From: an uncultured Azospirillaceae bacterium
Lineage (GTDB): Bacteria > Pseudomonadota > Alphaproteobacteria > Rickettsiales > UBA3002
Direction of reading: 5' to 3'
Assembly: GCA_964352815.1 (NCBI GenBank)
Contig: CAYGTO010000003.1
Coordinates: forward strand, 133,015-197,014
DNA length: 64,000 bases
The stretch's first letter is position 1; every line of letters starts with the position of its first letter. The notes under the pieces are model-generated. The model did not search any database. It saw only the letters and a program-made list of their open reading frames with translations, and was not told the DNA's origin. Both the position numbers and the translations under genes were made by a program. Of the stretch, positions 14,758-26,614 are shown in pieces.

Positions 14758-15186
14758 ATGAGAAGACCCGAATGGACCAAGCCTTGGGCATGTAGGCAAG
14801 ATACCAAGGGGGGATCATGCAGTTTGCGCCATTTTCCCATTCGCGAGGCAAAAGAAGGGGATCACCCTCATGGGGGAATTCCGGGAAACTATGTTGTTGT
14901 TGAGATGGTATTTGATGATCCAGATAAGGAGCGTCTAAAGCCAGGGATTGAATCAATGCTCAATGCATATCGGGGTAATGATGGTCAGCTTTTTACCATT
15001 TTTCAGAAAGATGGTCCACCTACGAGAATGGATGTGATGGTTATGAAGCATTTTCTTTTAGAGTCTGGCTGGACAGAAACAGATATTGCAGAGGCGACAA
15101 ACCGTTATCCTGAAGCGCTAGGAGTTAACGAAAGATGGGTAGATACAGTTACTCGTGGCCAGGAAACAGCAAATATGGCTCTTTAG
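14758..15186 (+). CDS. hypothetical protein (orphan, opposite strand, inside the dcw cluster)
   Basis: 142-aa ORF filling the 0.5-kb murB-murC gap. GGAG lies 8 nt upstream of the ATG. The region looks AT-richer than its flanks. No motif recognised. Confidence 0.5.
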   Translation: MRRPEWTKPWACRQDTKGGSCSLRHFPIREAKEGDHPHGGIPGNYVVVEMVFDDPDKERLKPGIESMLNAYRGNDGQLFTIFQKDGPPTRMDVMVMKHFLLESGWTETDIAEATNRYPEALGVNERWVDTVTRGQETANMAL

Positions 15187-16679
15187 GCGCTAGCGCTGTT
15201 ATGCTGGCCGATCAGTTTCTCCAGCTCTCCTGGCAGTGCGTTTGCCCATTTCGAGATGGAGCCGGCGCCGAGGCATATGACATAATCATTCGGCTGCGCA
15301 ATCTGGTGAATCGTCTCGGCGAGCTTCGTTTCAGATTCCAGCAGTGAGACTTGCTGATGGCCATGTGAGCGGATACCCTCGGCCAGCGACTCCTGACTGA
15401 TGCCCTCAATCGGCGATTCGCCCGCTTCATAAATATCAGTGACCACCACATGATCCGCATCATTAAAACAGGTGCAGAATTCTTCAAACAAATCGCGCAC
15501 GCGGCTGTAGCGGTGCGGCTGCACCACCGCAATCACGCGACTGTCTTTCTGGTCAGCGAGTCGGCGCGCTGAGGAGAGTGTCGCCGCAATTTCGACCGGG
15601 TGATGGCCATAATCATCGATAATCGTCACCCCATTCACCTTCCCCGTCTTGGTAAAGCGCCGCTTCACCCCTTGGAAATCGTTGAAGCCTTTGATAATCG
15701 CTGCCACTTCCATGTTCAGCTCATAACAGACCGACAGGGCCGCGAGTGCGTTGCGCAAATTATGATCGCCCTGCATCGGCAGGAACACGCCCTCAATCAC
15801 TCGAACCTCGTCGCTCTGCTGATCGGTGATTTCGACATCAAAGCGCTGGCCCTCGCCTTGCGGCTCAATATTCACCACGCGCACCATCGCTTGTGGCGAG
15901 AACCCGTAGGTGACAATCCGCCGGTCCGAAATTTTCGCCACCAACGCCTGTACTTCCGGATGATCGATACACAACACGCCGAAGCCATAGAATGGAAGGT
16001 TCTCAAGGAACTGACGGAACGCCGCACGCAGATTATCGAAGCTGCCATAATGATCGAGATGTTCCGGGTCGATATTCGTCACCACCGCAATGGTCGAGGG
16101 GATTTTGATAAAGGTGCCATCCGATTCATCGGCCTCAACAATCATCCACTCACCTTTGCCGAGCCGCGTGTTCGTCCCATATGCATTAATGATTCCCCCA
16201 TTAATAACGGTCGGGTTTCGACTCGCCGCTTCAAACAGACTGGCGAGCATCGAGGTTGTCGTGGTTTTGCCATGCGTTCCCGCAATGGAGATGGTCATTT
16301 TCAAGCGCATTAATTCGCCAAGCATTTCACTACGCCGCACCACTGGGATGCGCATGCGCCGTGCTTCGACCATTTCTGGATTTCCATCTTTGACTGCTGA
16401 AGAAATCACCACCACCGCGGCTTTCTCAACATTCTCAGGCATATGGCCAATCGCCACCTCAATGCCAAGGCCGCGCAGACGTTCGACATTCGGCCCTTCG
16501 GCAATGTCACTGCCCTGCACATGATAATTTAGATTATGGAGCAGCTCGGCAATACCGCTCATGCCAATACCACCAATGCCGACGAAATGGATGATGCCAA
16601 TATCGAGTGACATGGTTTTGCCAACCGGAAAAGGGCGAATCGGGATCGTCTTCCCGTCAGGGTTCACTGCCGGCGTCAT
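15183..16679 (-). CDS. murC: UDP-N-acetylmuramate--L-alanine ligase
   Basis: [12 protein letters not shown] and [12 protein letters not shown] motifs. There is an ATGA overlap with the murG stop. Alternative start at 16613 ([10 protein letters not shown]). Confidence 0.93.
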   Translation of the reverse strand: MTPAVNPDGKTIPIRPFPVGKTMSLDIGIIHFVGIGGIGMSGIAELLHNLNYHVQGSDIAEGPNVERLRGLGIEVAIGHMPENVEKAAVVVISSAVKDGNPEMVEARRMRIPVVRRSEMLGELMRLKMTISIAGTHGKTTTTSMLASLFEAASRNPTVINGGIINAYGTNTRLGKGEWMIVEADESDGTFIKIPSTIAVVTNIDPEHLDHYGSFDNLRAAFRQFLENLPFYGFGVLCIDHPEVQALVAKISDRRIVTYGFSPQAMVRVVNIEPQGEGQRFDVEITDQQSDEVRVIEGVFLPMQGDHNLRNALAALSVCYELNMEVAAIIKGFNDFQGVKRRFTKTGKVNGVTIIDDYGHHPVEIAATLSSARRLADQKDSRVIAVVQPHRYSRVRDLFEEFCTCFNDADHVVVTDIYEAGESPIEGISQESLAEGIRSHGHQQVSLLESETKLAETIHQIAQPNDYVICLGAGSISKWANALPGELEKLIGQHNSASA

Positions 16680-17896
16680 GCGGCGGCCTCGCTAATCGAG
16701 GAGCGCGTATCAGCTTGCGATGTTTTAGATGCTTCCTTAGCAGGCTTTTTATTTTTCTCACGCACGCCAGCCGCCATATCCAGCACAAGGTCCGCTAGCT
16801 TCTGCGCAGCATTTGGCGCCCCAATTTTCTGGATCATCGCCGCCGCTTTGGTCAACGCGCCCGGCAATGTCAAAAATGATTCCAGACGCGCCGCAAGTGC
16901 CTCTGAGGTAAAGCCATCTTGAGGCATGAGCCAAGCACCGCCAACATCTTCCGCGGCCTGTGCATTATAATATTGATGGTTATCCGTAGCAGCCGGAAGC
17001 GGCACCAAAATCGCTGGACGCCCTGCGACAGAAAGCTCCGCCATAGTCGACGCGCCCGAGCGGCTAATCACCAGATGGGCATTCGCAATTTTACTCGCCA
17101 CATCTGCAAAGAAGGTTGAGAGATTTGCACTAACACCCATCTCTTGATACATCGCGCGCACACGGTCCAAATCTTCCACGCGACATTGCTGATCGATGCG
17201 AATACGTTGGCGTAGTGTCTCAGGTAATCGCTTGATCGCTTCAGGAACCACCGTGCCGAATATGCTCGCCCCTTGCGATCCGCCGAGCACAAGCAGGTTC
17301 AGCATCGCGTCTTCCTGAAGCTCGCTGTAAGGAATATTGCGCAAGGCGCAAACCGATGCACGTACCGGGTTTCCAACCACTGCCGTTTTACGGTGCGCTT
17401 CCTTTGCCACACGCTGCGTGTTCTCATAGGTCAGCGCGATACGGCGCATGCGATGCGTCAGCATACGGTTTGCTTTTCCAAGGACCGAGTTTTGTTCATG
17501 AATCGTGGTCGGAAGCCGTAAATAAGACGCCGCCATCATGGTAGGGAAGGATGGATAACCGCCGAAACCGACCACCGCTTCTGCGTTCAGTTTTTTGAGC
17601 AACTGTCGTGATTGCATCATACCAATCGCGATACACGCCATACCCCATACTTTTTTTATGATATTGCCGCCGGGCGATGCCGCATGTACATAATAAATCG
17701 GTATCTTCCCTAGAGCGCTTTTGTCCGAGACATTATTATAATCTGCAAATCGCTTATCTGTAATGAGCACCACTTTACGCCCACGCGCGATCAACTCTTC
17801 AGCCAGCGCTTCGGCGGGAAAGATATGGCCACCTGTGCCACCCGCTGCCAAAACAATGGGGCGAGGATCCGTTTTCTGTGTGGCAGATTCTGTCAT
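16676..17896 (-). CDS. murG: undecaprenyldiphospho-muramoylpentapeptide beta-N-acetylglucosaminyltransferase
   Basis: [10 protein letters not shown] motif and GT28 architecture. A ~30-aa Lys/Ser-rich C-terminal extension is present. Confidence 0.93.
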   Translation of the reverse strand: MTESATQKTDPRPIVLAAGGTGGHIFPAEALAEELIARGRKVVLITDKRFADYNNVSDKSALGKIPIYYVHAASPGGNIIKKVWGMACIAIGMMQSRQLLKKLNAEAVVGFGGYPSFPTMMAASYLRLPTTIHEQNSVLGKANRMLTHRMRRIALTYENTQRVAKEAHRKTAVVGNPVRASVCALRNIPYSELQEDAMLNLLVLGGSQGASIFGTVVPEAIKRLPETLRQRIRIDQQCRVEDLDRVRAMYQEMGVSANLSTFFADVASKIANAHLVISRSGASTMAELSVAGRPAILVPLPAATDNHQYYNAQAAEDVGGAWLMPQDGFTSEALAARLESFLTLPGALTKAAAMIQKIGAPNAAQKLADLVLDMAAGVREKNKKPAKEASKTSQADTRSSISEAAA

Positions 17897-17910
17897 ACGC
17901 GCTCGTTCAG

Positions 17911-19035
17911 TTATAAAGCGCTGTTATACTCGCCATAGCGTTTACGAGTCAAGGCAAGCATCATCCCCATGCCCAATGCTGTCGCCATCACGGAAGAGCC
18001 GCCATAGCTGATAAAGGGCAGCGTCATGCCTTTAGCGGGCAGTAAGCTGACCGCCACGCCCATATTGATAAGCGCCTGAATTCCAAAGAGAGTTAGCAGG
18101 CCTGACACGGAGAGAATCACGAACAAATCATGCTCTTCATAAAGCTTGATAAAGCCGCGCAGCACGACAAAAGCGAACACACCCACAATGATCAAACATA
18201 AGAGCAATCCGAATTCTTCTCCTGCAACAGCGAAAATAAAATCCGTATGCGAATCGGGGATGAAATGCTTTACAGTGCCTTCGCCTGGGCCCTGCCCTAG
18301 CACTCCGCCTTCGCGGAAGGCCTGAAGAGATTTCTCGACCTGATAATTATCGCCGCTTGATGGGTCGAGGAAGTGATCGATACGCCGTTTCACATGCGTA
18401 AAGCTATGATAGGCGAGCACACTGCCCGCAATCGCCGCAGCAATCAGCATAATGACCCAAAAGAACGGCATACCCGCGAGGAAGAATTGCAAACCAAACA
18501 TTGCGGTAACGGTCACCGTCATACCAAAGTCAGGTTGCAGCAACAGGAGCGCGGCAACAATCAAATAAAGCGCGATCGCAATACGGTATCCCGGAAAGCC
18601 TGGCGTACGCATACGCTCGCTGAACAGCCATGCCAAGAGCACAGCGAAGGCGGGTTTCAAAAATTCAGAGGGCTGAAGTGACAGGCCAGCAAAGCGAATC
18701 CAACGCACCGCCCCCTTATTTTCAAACCCAATAATCGGCAAAAGCATCATCGCCACCACCATCACTAAGAATACAAACACAGCGAGCCGCCGAATCGTTT
18801 GTACTTTCATCATGGACACGCAGACAAGCGTGGCAATCGCCATAGAAATAAACACCATCTGACGCCAGACAAAATGGAATGAATCATGACCAATCCGCTC
18901 CGCCACGGCGGGGCTTGCTGCGGTCGTTAGCACGACCCCGAGGCTCATTAATACCATCAATGCGATCCAGGTCGGGCGATCAATCGTCCACCACCAACGC
19001 ATCAAAAAGGAGGGGTCCCGCCTATCGGTATACAT
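17911..19035 (-). CDS. ftsW: peptidoglycan glycosyltransferase FtsW
   Basis: Polytopic SEDS protein with PSEFLKP motif. Start placed at MYTDRRD (19035), just overlapping the murD end; the ORF is open to 19200. Confidence 0.9.
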   Translation of the reverse strand: MYTDRRDPSFLMRWWWTIDRPTWIALMVLMSLGVVLTTAASPAVAERIGHDSFHFVWRQMVFISMAIATLVCVSMMKVQTIRRLAVFVFLVMVVAMMLLPIIGFENKGAVRWIRFAGLSLQPSEFLKPAFAVLLAWLFSERMRTPGFPGYRIAIALYLIVAALLLLQPDFGMTVTVTAMFGLQFFLAGMPFFWVIMLIAAAIAGSVLAYHSFTHVKRRIDHFLDPSSGDNYQVEKSLQAFREGGVLGQGPGEGTVKHFIPDSHTDFIFAVAGEEFGLLLCLIIVGVFAFVVLRGFIKLYEEHDLFVILSVSGLLTLFGIQALINMGVAVSLLPAKGMTLPFISYGGSSVMATALGMGMMLALTRKRYGEYNSAL

Positions 19036-20449
19036 GCTTCGCTCCGCTTTCTGTTTTGTTGGTCGAAATGTAATGCTCAACGTAAGAGATGAAGGCATCG
19101 CCCCGCATTTCAAAATTCGCAAATTGATCAAACGACGCGCAGGCTGGTGAAAGAAGCACCACGCACGATTGGCTGCTATCGACCATGAAGGCATGCGCAT
19201 CGGTGAGCGCTTGGCTACACGCCGCCTTTAGCGTATTCGCCTTCACATAGGGCGCTTTGCCTTCTAATGTCTTGGCAAACGCTTCCGTCGCCTCGCCAAT
19301 CAAATAGGTGTTGCGCAGTTTTGAGAAATACGGTTCCAGCGGAGCAATACCCCCTTCCTTCGCGACACCGCCCGCAATCCAAAATATGTTATCGAAACTC
19401 TCCAGCGCTTTCGCTGCCGCATCCGCGTTCGTCGCCTTCGAATCATTGACAAAATGAATGCTCTGATACGCACCCAAATACTGCATCCGATGCGCAAGCC
19501 CAGGGAAGCTGTGCAACGCATCAACGATCACCTGGTGCGGAATGCCGGAAGCATAACATGCTGCATAGGCCGCTGCGACATTCTGATGGTTATGCTTTCC
19601 TTGCAATGTTTTTAAATCTTGGAGCGGGATGAGTGGAAGAGAATCTTTCTCTAAATTATTGTTCAGCACATTGTTACGTATGTCGATTCCGTTTCCCACC
19701 ATCGTATCAACCGAAATCGGAATTACACGCTGTTTACGTGCCGAGATCAGCTCATGATATATGGCCTCACTGTATTCATCATCGATCCCAATGATCGCAA
19801 TATCGTCTTCCGTCTGGTTGGCAAACATTCTCTTCTTCGCTGCGATATACCCTGCCATATCGCCATGGCGATCAAGATGGTCTTCGCTTATGTTTAGCCA
19901 TACCGCGATATTTGGCCGGAACGTATCAACAAGATCTAACTGGTAAGAAGACAGCTCGAGCACATAAGTGCCGCTCACAGTAATTGGCTTGAGCGATAAC
20001 ACCGGCTCACCGATATTACCGCCCATTTGTACACGCTTCTCTGCTGTCTTGAAAATGTGATGGATCAGCGCCGTGGTTGTCGACTTGCCATTCGTCCCCG
20101 TAACGCTGATATAACTCGCCTTGGGGCACGCCTGATAAAGCAATTCAATATCACCCAAAATTGGCAACTCATGATTATGCGCATATTCAACCACCGGGTG
20201 CGGCGTGGGGTGTGTTAGCGGCACACCAGGGCTCATAATCACCGCCTCAATCGTATTCCACGGCATATGGTCTGGGTCTGCCACCCGGCCATATTGCTCA
20301 TATTCCTGTTGTTCTTCGACGCTTAATTTATCATCCCAGAGATATAGCTCCGCAGCGGACTTCTTCATCGCTTCCGCTGTCGCATGACCGCTTTTACCCA
20401 GCCCAATCAGTGCGTAATGTTTATGGCGCCAAAGGTCAGATTTGATCAT
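19022..20449 (-). CDS. murD: UDP-N-acetylmuramoylalanine--D-glutamate ligase
   Basis: VTGTNGKST P-loop, Mur ligase domains, and position in the cluster. Confidence 0.93.
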   Translation of the reverse strand: MIKSDLWRHKHYALIGLGKSGHATAEAMKKSAAELYLWDDKLSVEEQQEYEQYGRVADPDHMPWNTIEAVIMSPGVPLTHPTPHPVVEYAHNHELPILGDIELLYQACPKASYISVTGTNGKSTTTALIHHIFKTAEKRVQMGGNIGEPVLSLKPITVSGTYVLELSSYQLDLVDTFRPNIAVWLNISEDHLDRHGDMAGYIAAKKRMFANQTEDDIAIIGIDDEYSEAIYHELISARKQRVIPISVDTMVGNGIDIRNNVLNNNLEKDSLPLIPLQDLKTLQGKHNHQNVAAAYAACYASGIPHQVIVDALHSFPGLAHRMQYLGAYQSIHFVNDSKATNADAAAKALESFDNIFWIAGGVAKEGGIAPLEPYFSKLRNTYLIGEATEAFAKTLEGKAPYVKANTLKAACSQALTDAHAFMVDSSQSCVVLLSPACASFDQFANFEMRGDAFISYVEHYISTNKTESGAKHVYR

Positions 20450-20452
20450 GAT

Positions 20453-21541
20453 CTATCTCAACTTCAATGTGCTTAAGCCAATTAATGCGAGCACCACAGC
20501 GATGATCCAAAAGCGAATCACAATAGTCGGTTCATGCCAGCCTTTCTTTTCGAAATGGTGGTGAATCGGCGCCATACGGAACACGCGCTTCCCGGTCAGC
20601 TTAAACGACGCCACCTGCACCATGACCGAGAGCGCTTCCATAACAAAAACACCGCCAATAATGGCGAGCACAATCTCATGCTTCGTAACAACACTGACAC
20701 CACCCAGCGTTCCACCAAGCGCCAGTGAGCCGGTATCGCCCATGAACACCATGGCTGGCGGCGCATTATACCATAAGAAGCCGAGCCCAGCGCCAACTAC
20801 CGCGGCACATAAGACCGCGAGCTCACCACTACCGGGAATCAAATTAATATGCAGATATTCCGAGTAAATTGCATTCCCCGAAACATAGGCGATAATCCCG
20901 AAACTCGCCGCAGCAATCATGATCGGCACAATCGCAAGCCCATCGAGCCCGTCCGTGAGATTCACCGCATTCGATGCACCAACAATCACAATCAGGGTGA
21001 AAGGAACATAGAGATAGCCGAGGTCAATCAGTAGATTCTTTACAAAGGGGAGAGACAAATGACTGTTAAATGCTGCGGGGACATGTTGCTGCATCCAATA
21101 GACTGCCGCAATGGAGAGAAGAATTTGTCCGAACAATTTTCCTTTTCCCGAGAGGCCTTTATGGTTCTGTTTCGTCACTTTCAAATAGTCGTCGTAGAAA
21201 CCCAGCGCGCCGAAACCAAGTGTGAGCAAGAGCACCATCCATATGAACGGGTTCTCAATATCCGCCCATAATATTGTCGATACGGTAAGTGAGATGAGCA
21301 TCATCAGGCCGCCCATCGTCGGCGTTCCCTGCTTCGTCAGCAAATGTGATTCCGGCCCATCCTCACGAATAGGCTGCCCCTCGCGCTGCTTCTTTTTAAG
21401 CCAGCGAATCAGCGATGGACCAATACACAGCGAAAGAACGAGCGAGGTGAGTACCGCACCCCCGCTGCGAAAAGTGAGGTATTGAAACAAGTTGAAGATC
21501 GCGTAATCTTCGGCATAGGGAAAGAGTAGTTGATAAAGCAT
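20453..21541 (-). CDS. mraY: phospho-N-acetylmuramoyl-pentapeptide transferase
   Basis: Polytopic membrane protein with [13 protein letters not shown] motif. Confidence 0.95.
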   Translation of the reverse strand: MLYQLLFPYAEDYAIFNLFQYLTFRSGGAVLTSLVLSLCIGPSLIRWLKKKQREGQPIREDGPESHLLTKQGTPTMGGLMMLISLTVSTILWADIENPFIWMVLLLTLGFGALGFYDDYLKVTKQNHKGLSGKGKLFGQILLSIAAVYWMQQHVPAAFNSHLSLPFVKNLLIDLGYLYVPFTLIVIVGASNAVNLTDGLDGLAIVPIMIAAASFGIIAYVSGNAIYSEYLHINLIPGSGELAVLCAAVVGAGLGFLWYNAPPAMVFMGDTGSLALGGTLGGVSVVTKHEIVLAIIGGVFVMEALSVMVQVASFKLTGKRVFRMAPIHHHFEKKGWHEPTIVIRFWIIAVVLALIGLSTLKLR

Positions 21542-21552
21542 GCGTCTCCTCG

Positions 21553-22989
21553 TTATGCCTCTGTTTCGTAGTCTTCGACAAGTGCAGCATTGCGATCAAT
21601 GGCTTCCACCACATCTCGCATCCGACTTCCGTTCGACCCTTTGACCAGTACAATATCACGATCCTGTAATTTCGCCACCGCTTTTGGTGCCAAACCCGCG
21701 GCGGTTTCATTATAGTCGCCGCGCATACTATCGGGCAGTTCGTCATACATGTGCTTCATCATTTGACCCGCCGCAAACACCAAATCGATCTGATTGTTGA
21801 TCAGTGCAGGCACAAGCGCGAGATGCATCTCTTGCGCCTTATCTCCAAGCTCCAACATATCGCCTAGCACTGCGACAGTACGCGAACCTTTCTCTTGCAT
21901 CTTCAGCATATAGAGCTTTTCGAATGCCGCTTCCATTGCCACAGGGCTCGCATTATAGCTATCATCAATCAGTTTTAAACTGCCGCCCTTCACCTTTAAC
22001 TTTGCGATCTTCCCGCGGCCATCTGGCTCTTGGAAGTTTGAGAGTGCCACGGCTGCTTTTGCAACATCGCCGTTCACTGCATCGACCATGCCTAATACCG
22101 CAACGGACATTAGTCCCCAATGCTTCCCAACCGCCGCAAGGCTATAACTCAAGCGCGTCTCACCAACCACCGCATGCACTTCAGAGATAAGCCCTTCGCC
22201 GCGCTCATCGAAATGATATTGCTTCATCTGACATTGCGCTTCCTCCGTTGATCCAAAGGAACGGATATCACAAAGCCCTTTTGTTTTAGCATTGGCGTTA
22301 ACACGGTCATAATGCGGGTTGTCCGCATTAATAAACGCCACGCCTTTATCGCTCATACCATCAAAGATTTCTGACTTCGCATCCGCAATCCCCTCGACGG
22401 AATCGAAGAATTCTATGTGTACTGCATCCACAGTCGTGATCACAGCCACATCAGGCTTGACCCACTGACTAAGCTGTGAAATTTCACCCGCATGATTCAT
22501 ACCCATTTCGATCACCGCATAATCGACTTTCTCTGGCATATTCGCGAGCGTCAGTGGCACGCCCAAATGGTTATTCAAATTGCCTTTTGTCGCGTACACA
22601 TCACCCAATGCCGACAGGGCGCATGACAACATTTCCTTACACCCTGTTTTGCCAACACTCCCGGTAATTCCGAGGAACGTTGCATCACTTCTACTGCGCG
22701 CATAGACACCCAATTGCTGCAGCGCCACTTCCGTATCATCCACCATGATGCATTGCTGCGCATCTACCCCCTCAGCAGGCTGCGAAACGATTACGGCAAC
22801 CGCGCCGCTCTCAATCGCATCTTTAGCATAGTCATGACCATCAAACCGCTCGCCTTTCAGCGCTACAAACAGGTCTCCTGGCGCCACCGTCCGGCTGTCA
22901 ATCGACACTCCCGTTGCTTGCCAATCTCCTTCACAGTTCACAGATAATGCGGCTGCTACATCCTCTGCATTCCATCGCGTTTTAACCAT
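21553..22989 (-). CDS. murF: UDP-N-acetylmuramoyl-tripeptide--D-alanyl-D-alanine ligase
   Basis: [10 protein letters not shown]-loop, Mur ligase domains, and position in the cluster. Confidence 0.93.
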   Translation of the reverse strand: MVKTRWNAEDVAAALSVNCEGDWQATGVSIDSRTVAPGDLFVALKGERFDGHDYAKDAIESGAVAVIVSQPAEGVDAQQCIMVDDTEVALQQLGVYARSRSDATFLGITGSVGKTGCKEMLSCALSALGDVYATKGNLNNHLGVPLTLANMPEKVDYAVIEMGMNHAGEISQLSQWVKPDVAVITTVDAVHIEFFDSVEGIADAKSEIFDGMSDKGVAFINADNPHYDRVNANAKTKGLCDIRSFGSTEEAQCQMKQYHFDERGEGLISEVHAVVGETRLSYSLAAVGKHWGLMSVAVLGMVDAVNGDVAKAAVALSNFQEPDGRGKIAKLKVKGGSLKLIDDSYNASPVAMEAAFEKLYMLKMQEKGSRTVAVLGDMLELGDKAQEMHLALVPALINNQIDLVFAAGQMMKHMYDELPDSMRGDYNETAAGLAPKAVAKLQDRDIVLVKGSNGSRMRDVVEAIDRNAALVEDYETEA

Positions 22990-24481
22990 GATTCACACAC
23001 TCCTTGATAATTTCTGCATCGTTAAAATGAGTTCGCTCGCCGTGAACTTCTTGATAGGTCTCATGCCCTTTACCCGCGACCACTAAAAGATCGCCCGCTT
23101 CTAATGCGTGCACTGCTTGGGTGATTGCTTCTTTACGATCACCAATATCCTGAACGTCAGCTGACCCTTGCACCTGCGCGGCACCTTGCATGATAGCAGC
23201 ACGAATCAACTCGGGGTCTTCACTACGCGGATTATCGTCGGTAATGGTCACCACATCTGCATGCTGCGCCGCAATATTTCCCATCACTTCACGTTTCTCA
23301 ACATCACGATTACCCCCGCAACCGAACACCACATGCAACCGCTTCTGCGTGTGATGACGCAGCGACGTCAGGATCGTTTCGAGCGCGTCTGGCGTATGCG
23401 CATAATCGACGAAAAGCGATGCGCCTAACGCATGTGTCGCAACCTTCTCAAGCCGACCAGTCACTCCTTGCAACTGCGCAACGTGCGGCACCATGTCTTC
23501 AGCACTGAACCCGGCATGATGGGCAAGCCCAAGCGCCGCGAGCACATTTTCCATCTGGAACAAGCCAAAGAGCGGAACACTCACCTCATGTCGCTCACCG
23601 AAGATATTCAATGTCGCGTCCAGGCCTTCAGCAGTCGCATGCAGCGCTTCTACACGGAAATCATTCCCTTCTTTCCCATACGTCAACATGTCGAAGCCAG
23701 CATCCATACATTGCTGAATCACATAGTCACTCACCTTACTGTCCGCATTGATCACGCAGCGTTTTGCAACATAATTCTGATCCAAAAACAAGCGCATCTT
23801 AGCTGCTAAGTATGCTTCTTCTGTTTTATGATAATCAAGATGGTCGTGTGTCAAATTGGTGAAAGCCGTTGCCGTCCATACCACACCATCTAATCGGTGT
23901 TGATCGAGCCCATGACTCGATGCTTCAATCGCTACATTATCAATATCATGCTGCGTGCATTGCTGCAGCATATGATGCAATGAAATAGGGTCTGGTGAGG
24001 TGTTCAGCGCAGCAAATTTCTGATCAAACGCAGGGTCACCTGTCTCCACCCCAATCGTTCCAATTGAAGCAGACTTACGCCCCGCTAACGTGCAGAGCTG
24101 ACGGTAAAATGACACCACCGAACTCTTCCCGTTCGTCCCTGTTACACCAACCATGGTGCGAGGTTGAGGTTTAAAGAACGCTGCCGCGAGACGTGCAATG
24201 GCTGCACGATCATTCGCAACCTCAACCACCGGAATCGGCGGAGAGGATAGTAGCCTACCTTCACGTACTAAGATTGCTGCTGCACCTTTCTCGATGGCTG
24301 CATCCACATACTCCACACCATCGCTTTCCGTGCCGCGAATGGCTGCGAATAAATTACCTGGCTCCACTTTCCGAGAGTCCAAAGCTAAGCCCGTCAACGT
24401 CACATCCTCTACGCATTTCGGCGCAATCATCGTTTCATGCAACAAACGGTTCAGGGAATGGTTAGCGCGGCTCATAATCAC
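22982..24481 (-). CDS. murE: UDP-N-acetylmuramoyl-L-alanyl-D-glutamate--2,6-diaminopimelate ligase
   Basis: GVTGTNGKSS P-loop, DNPR motif (ITDDNPRSEDP), and position in the cluster. Confidence 0.93.
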   Translation of the reverse strand: MIMSRANHSLNRLLHETMIAPKCVEDVTLTGLALDSRKVEPGNLFAAIRGTESDGVEYVDAAIEKGAAAILVREGRLLSSPPIPVVEVANDRAAIARLAAAFFKPQPRTMVGVTGTNGKSSVVSFYRQLCTLAGRKSASIGTIGVETGDPAFDQKFAALNTSPDPISLHHMLQQCTQHDIDNVAIEASSHGLDQHRLDGVVWTATAFTNLTHDHLDYHKTEEAYLAAKMRLFLDQNYVAKRCVINADSKVSDYVIQQCMDAGFDMLTYGKEGNDFRVEALHATAEGLDATLNIFGERHEVSVPLFGLFQMENVLAALGLAHHAGFSAEDMVPHVAQLQGVTGRLEKVATHALGASLFVDYAHTPDALETILTSLRHHTQKRLHVVFGCGGNRDVEKREVMGNIAAQHADVVTITDDNPRSEDPELIRAAIMQGAAQVQGSADVQDIGDRKEAITQAVHALEAGDLLVVAGKGHETYQEVHGERTHFNDAEIIKECVNHG

Positions 24482-26294
24482 CTCGCAACGTGGCCTGAAT
24501 CAATTGGGCTTGCTGCGGGCGAGTGGCTGGCTGTTTCTCAGTCTGGCGGACCATCTGGAACGGCTCTTTTTTCTCGGGTTCAATTTCAATGATCGGCTGC
24601 ACACCAAGGAGCGGTGCAACGCGTTCGATAATCTTTCCTGCGGTTGGCACAGCGGTCCACCCCGCCGTGGCATACCCGAAGGTTTTCTTGGTGCCACGCG
24701 GCTCATCGAGCATCGTCACCAACACATATTTCGGTTGATCTGTTGGGAATACCGACACAAATGATGTCACCATATCCTTATGCTGGTAACTTCCATTTTT
24801 GAACTTTTCTGCCGTTCCAGTTTTCCCGCCGACGCGATACCCTTTAACATTCGCCTTTGACGCGGTACCCTCTTCGACCACCATGCGCAGCATTTTACTG
24901 ATATTGCGCGATGCTTCTTCACTAATAATCCGCTCACCTTTTACGGAGGCCTTTTCTGTTTTCTGCAGCGTCAATGACAGCGATTCGCCGCCGCGCACCA
25001 ACGTACCAATCGCTTTCACCATATGCAGCGGCGACACAGAAATACCATGCCCATAGGACACCGTCATCATACTAATATCACGCCACTTTTTCGGTGTCAT
25101 CGGGTTTGCGCGCTCTGGCAATTCAATCGTTACAGGCTCGAACAAGCCGAGCTTTTTAAGGAAAGATTGCTGCTTCTCCGCGCCGACATCCATCGCAATT
25201 TTTACCGTTCCAATGTTCGACGATTGCGCAAAAATATCTGCAACACTATGCCATCCTTTCATCGGGTGATGGTCATTAATCGTATAGCCCGCCACGCGAA
25301 TCGGGTCAGAAATATCGTAGCCCTGATAGGGTGTAATCACCTCATGATGCAGCCCCATCGCGACCGTGAACGTTTTGAAGGTCGAGCCCATCTCATACAC
25401 ACCAAGCGTCGCACGATTGAACATGGCTTGCTCCGATGCGTCCGATGGACGGTTCGGATTAAACGATGGCAAGCTCGAAAGCGCGATGACCTCACCGTTA
25501 TGAATATCGGCAAGTACTGCGGTTGCGCCAATTGCTTTAAACTCTTTCATCGCTGCCTGAAGTTCTTCATGCACCACCGTTTGCGCACTTACGTCAATCG
25601 ATAAGGCAAGCGCTTCATCGGCGTAAGGCGAAGATAAGGTTTCATCGAAATATTTTTCCACGCCGGATAGGCCCTGATTATCAATCCCGACATAGCCCAG
25701 CACATGCGCCAAGATATCACCGTACGGATAAACACGCTTAGAATCTGGCTCAAAGAACAGCCCGGCAACCCCGAGTGCATTGACCTTTTCTTGTTCTTCT
25801 GGTGTAAGGTGACGTTTGATGTAAGAGAATTTAGACTCGCGCGATAGGCTATTTAGCAGCACCTCTTTCGACAGCTCCGGCAAGATACGGTGCAGTTGCG
25901 TTATCACCCATTCTTTATCACGGATAAGCTGTGGGTTCGCGACCAATGAAGCCGTGCGAATATTATCGGCAAGCACATTACCACGGCGATCGACAATCGC
26001 ATGACGCACTTTCAACTCTTTTTGCTGCGCCGCAATGACCTTCTCAGTCTCGCCATCACTGCTTAGTAAAAGCTGCGGGTTCGTGACTAACTGCTTGAAC
26101 GGAATCGCACCCACCGGCATCAGACTGACTTCGAGCACACGAATCGCTAACGCCGCATAACTCAGTGCAAACACCATGATCACGCATACGATGCGGATAC
26201 GCCCTTGATCGATGATACGTTTGGATGTGCTCTCACCATGAATCACATATTCTTTCGGGCGCCGACGCGATTCATATGCGTGCTGCCAGCGCAT
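24462..26294 (-). CDS. ftsI: peptidoglycan D,D-transpeptidase FtsI (PBP3)
   Basis: N-terminal TM anchor and transpeptidase motifs STFK, SSN and KTGT. Confidence 0.93.
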   Translation of the reverse strand: MRWQHAYESRRRPKEYVIHGESTSKRIIDQGRIRIVCVIMVFALSYAALAIRVLEVSLMPVGAIPFKQLVTNPQLLLSSDGETEKVIAAQQKELKVRHAIVDRRGNVLADNIRTASLVANPQLIRDKEWVITQLHRILPELSKEVLLNSLSRESKFSYIKRHLTPEEQEKVNALGVAGLFFEPDSKRVYPYGDILAHVLGYVGIDNQGLSGVEKYFDETLSSPYADEALALSIDVSAQTVVHEELQAAMKEFKAIGATAVLADIHNGEVIALSSLPSFNPNRPSDASEQAMFNRATLGVYEMGSTFKTFTVAMGLHHEVITPYQGYDISDPIRVAGYTINDHHPMKGWHSVADIFAQSSNIGTVKIAMDVGAEKQQSFLKKLGLFEPVTIELPERANPMTPKKWRDISMMTVSYGHGISVSPLHMVKAIGTLVRGGESLSLTLQKTEKASVKGERIISEEASRNISKMLRMVVEEGTASKANVKGYRVGGKTGTAEKFKNGSYQHKDMVTSFVSVFPTDQPKYVLVTMLDEPRGTKKTFGYATAGWTAVPTAGKIIERVAPLLGVQPIIEIEPEKKEPFQMVRQTEKQPATRPQQAQLIQATLRGDYEPR

Positions 26295-26614
26295 CAGCGA
26301 ACTCCCTCATCCGCCTGCGCGACATGCTCACCTTTTTGCTGCAATGGCAGCACTGAGATTTCTACCACACGCTCTGCATTCATCGGCTTCATGGGAAGCA
26401 GTGCATTCGACAAACGCCGCAAACGTGACGGGTGATTAAGCGCTGCCCACTCAAGCGTTAACATTGAAAGCGATTCTTTCTCATGGTGCAGCTGATCTTC
26501 CAGAGCAAGGTTCGCTTGGCGCAACTCTTCCACCTGATACTTCACCATATACAGACCATAGGCCGCGACGGCGAAGACGATAACCCAGCTCAACATGTTA
26601 AATTTCATACTCAT
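26294..26614 (-). CDS. ftsL: cell division protein FtsL
   Basis: 106-aa protein with a single TM helix and a coiled coil; located between rsmH and ftsI. Confidence 0.75.
   Translation of the reverse strand: MSMKFNMLSWVIVFAVAAYGLYMVKYQVEELRQANLALEDQLHHEKESLSMLTLEWAALNHPSRLRRLSNALLPMKPMNAERVVEISVLPLQQKGEHVAQADEGVR

Noticed and set aside
14684-14956. 90-aa minus-strand ORF in the murB-murC gap
   Set aside because: It overlaps the longer plus-strand ORF 14758-15186, lacks a ribosome-binding site, and would start within the murC stop region. The plus-strand ORF is the better, though still uncertain, candidate.
12527-16313. Long antisense ORFs (12527-13258, 13872-14675, 15600-16313). Similar ones occur at 976-1605, 5820-6398, 25023-25604, 37816-38418, 47748-48479 and 50864-51451.
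   Set aside because: Each is antisense to a confidently identified conserved gene. Their translations are Arg/His/Ser-rich, as is typical of shadow frames, and show no motifs.
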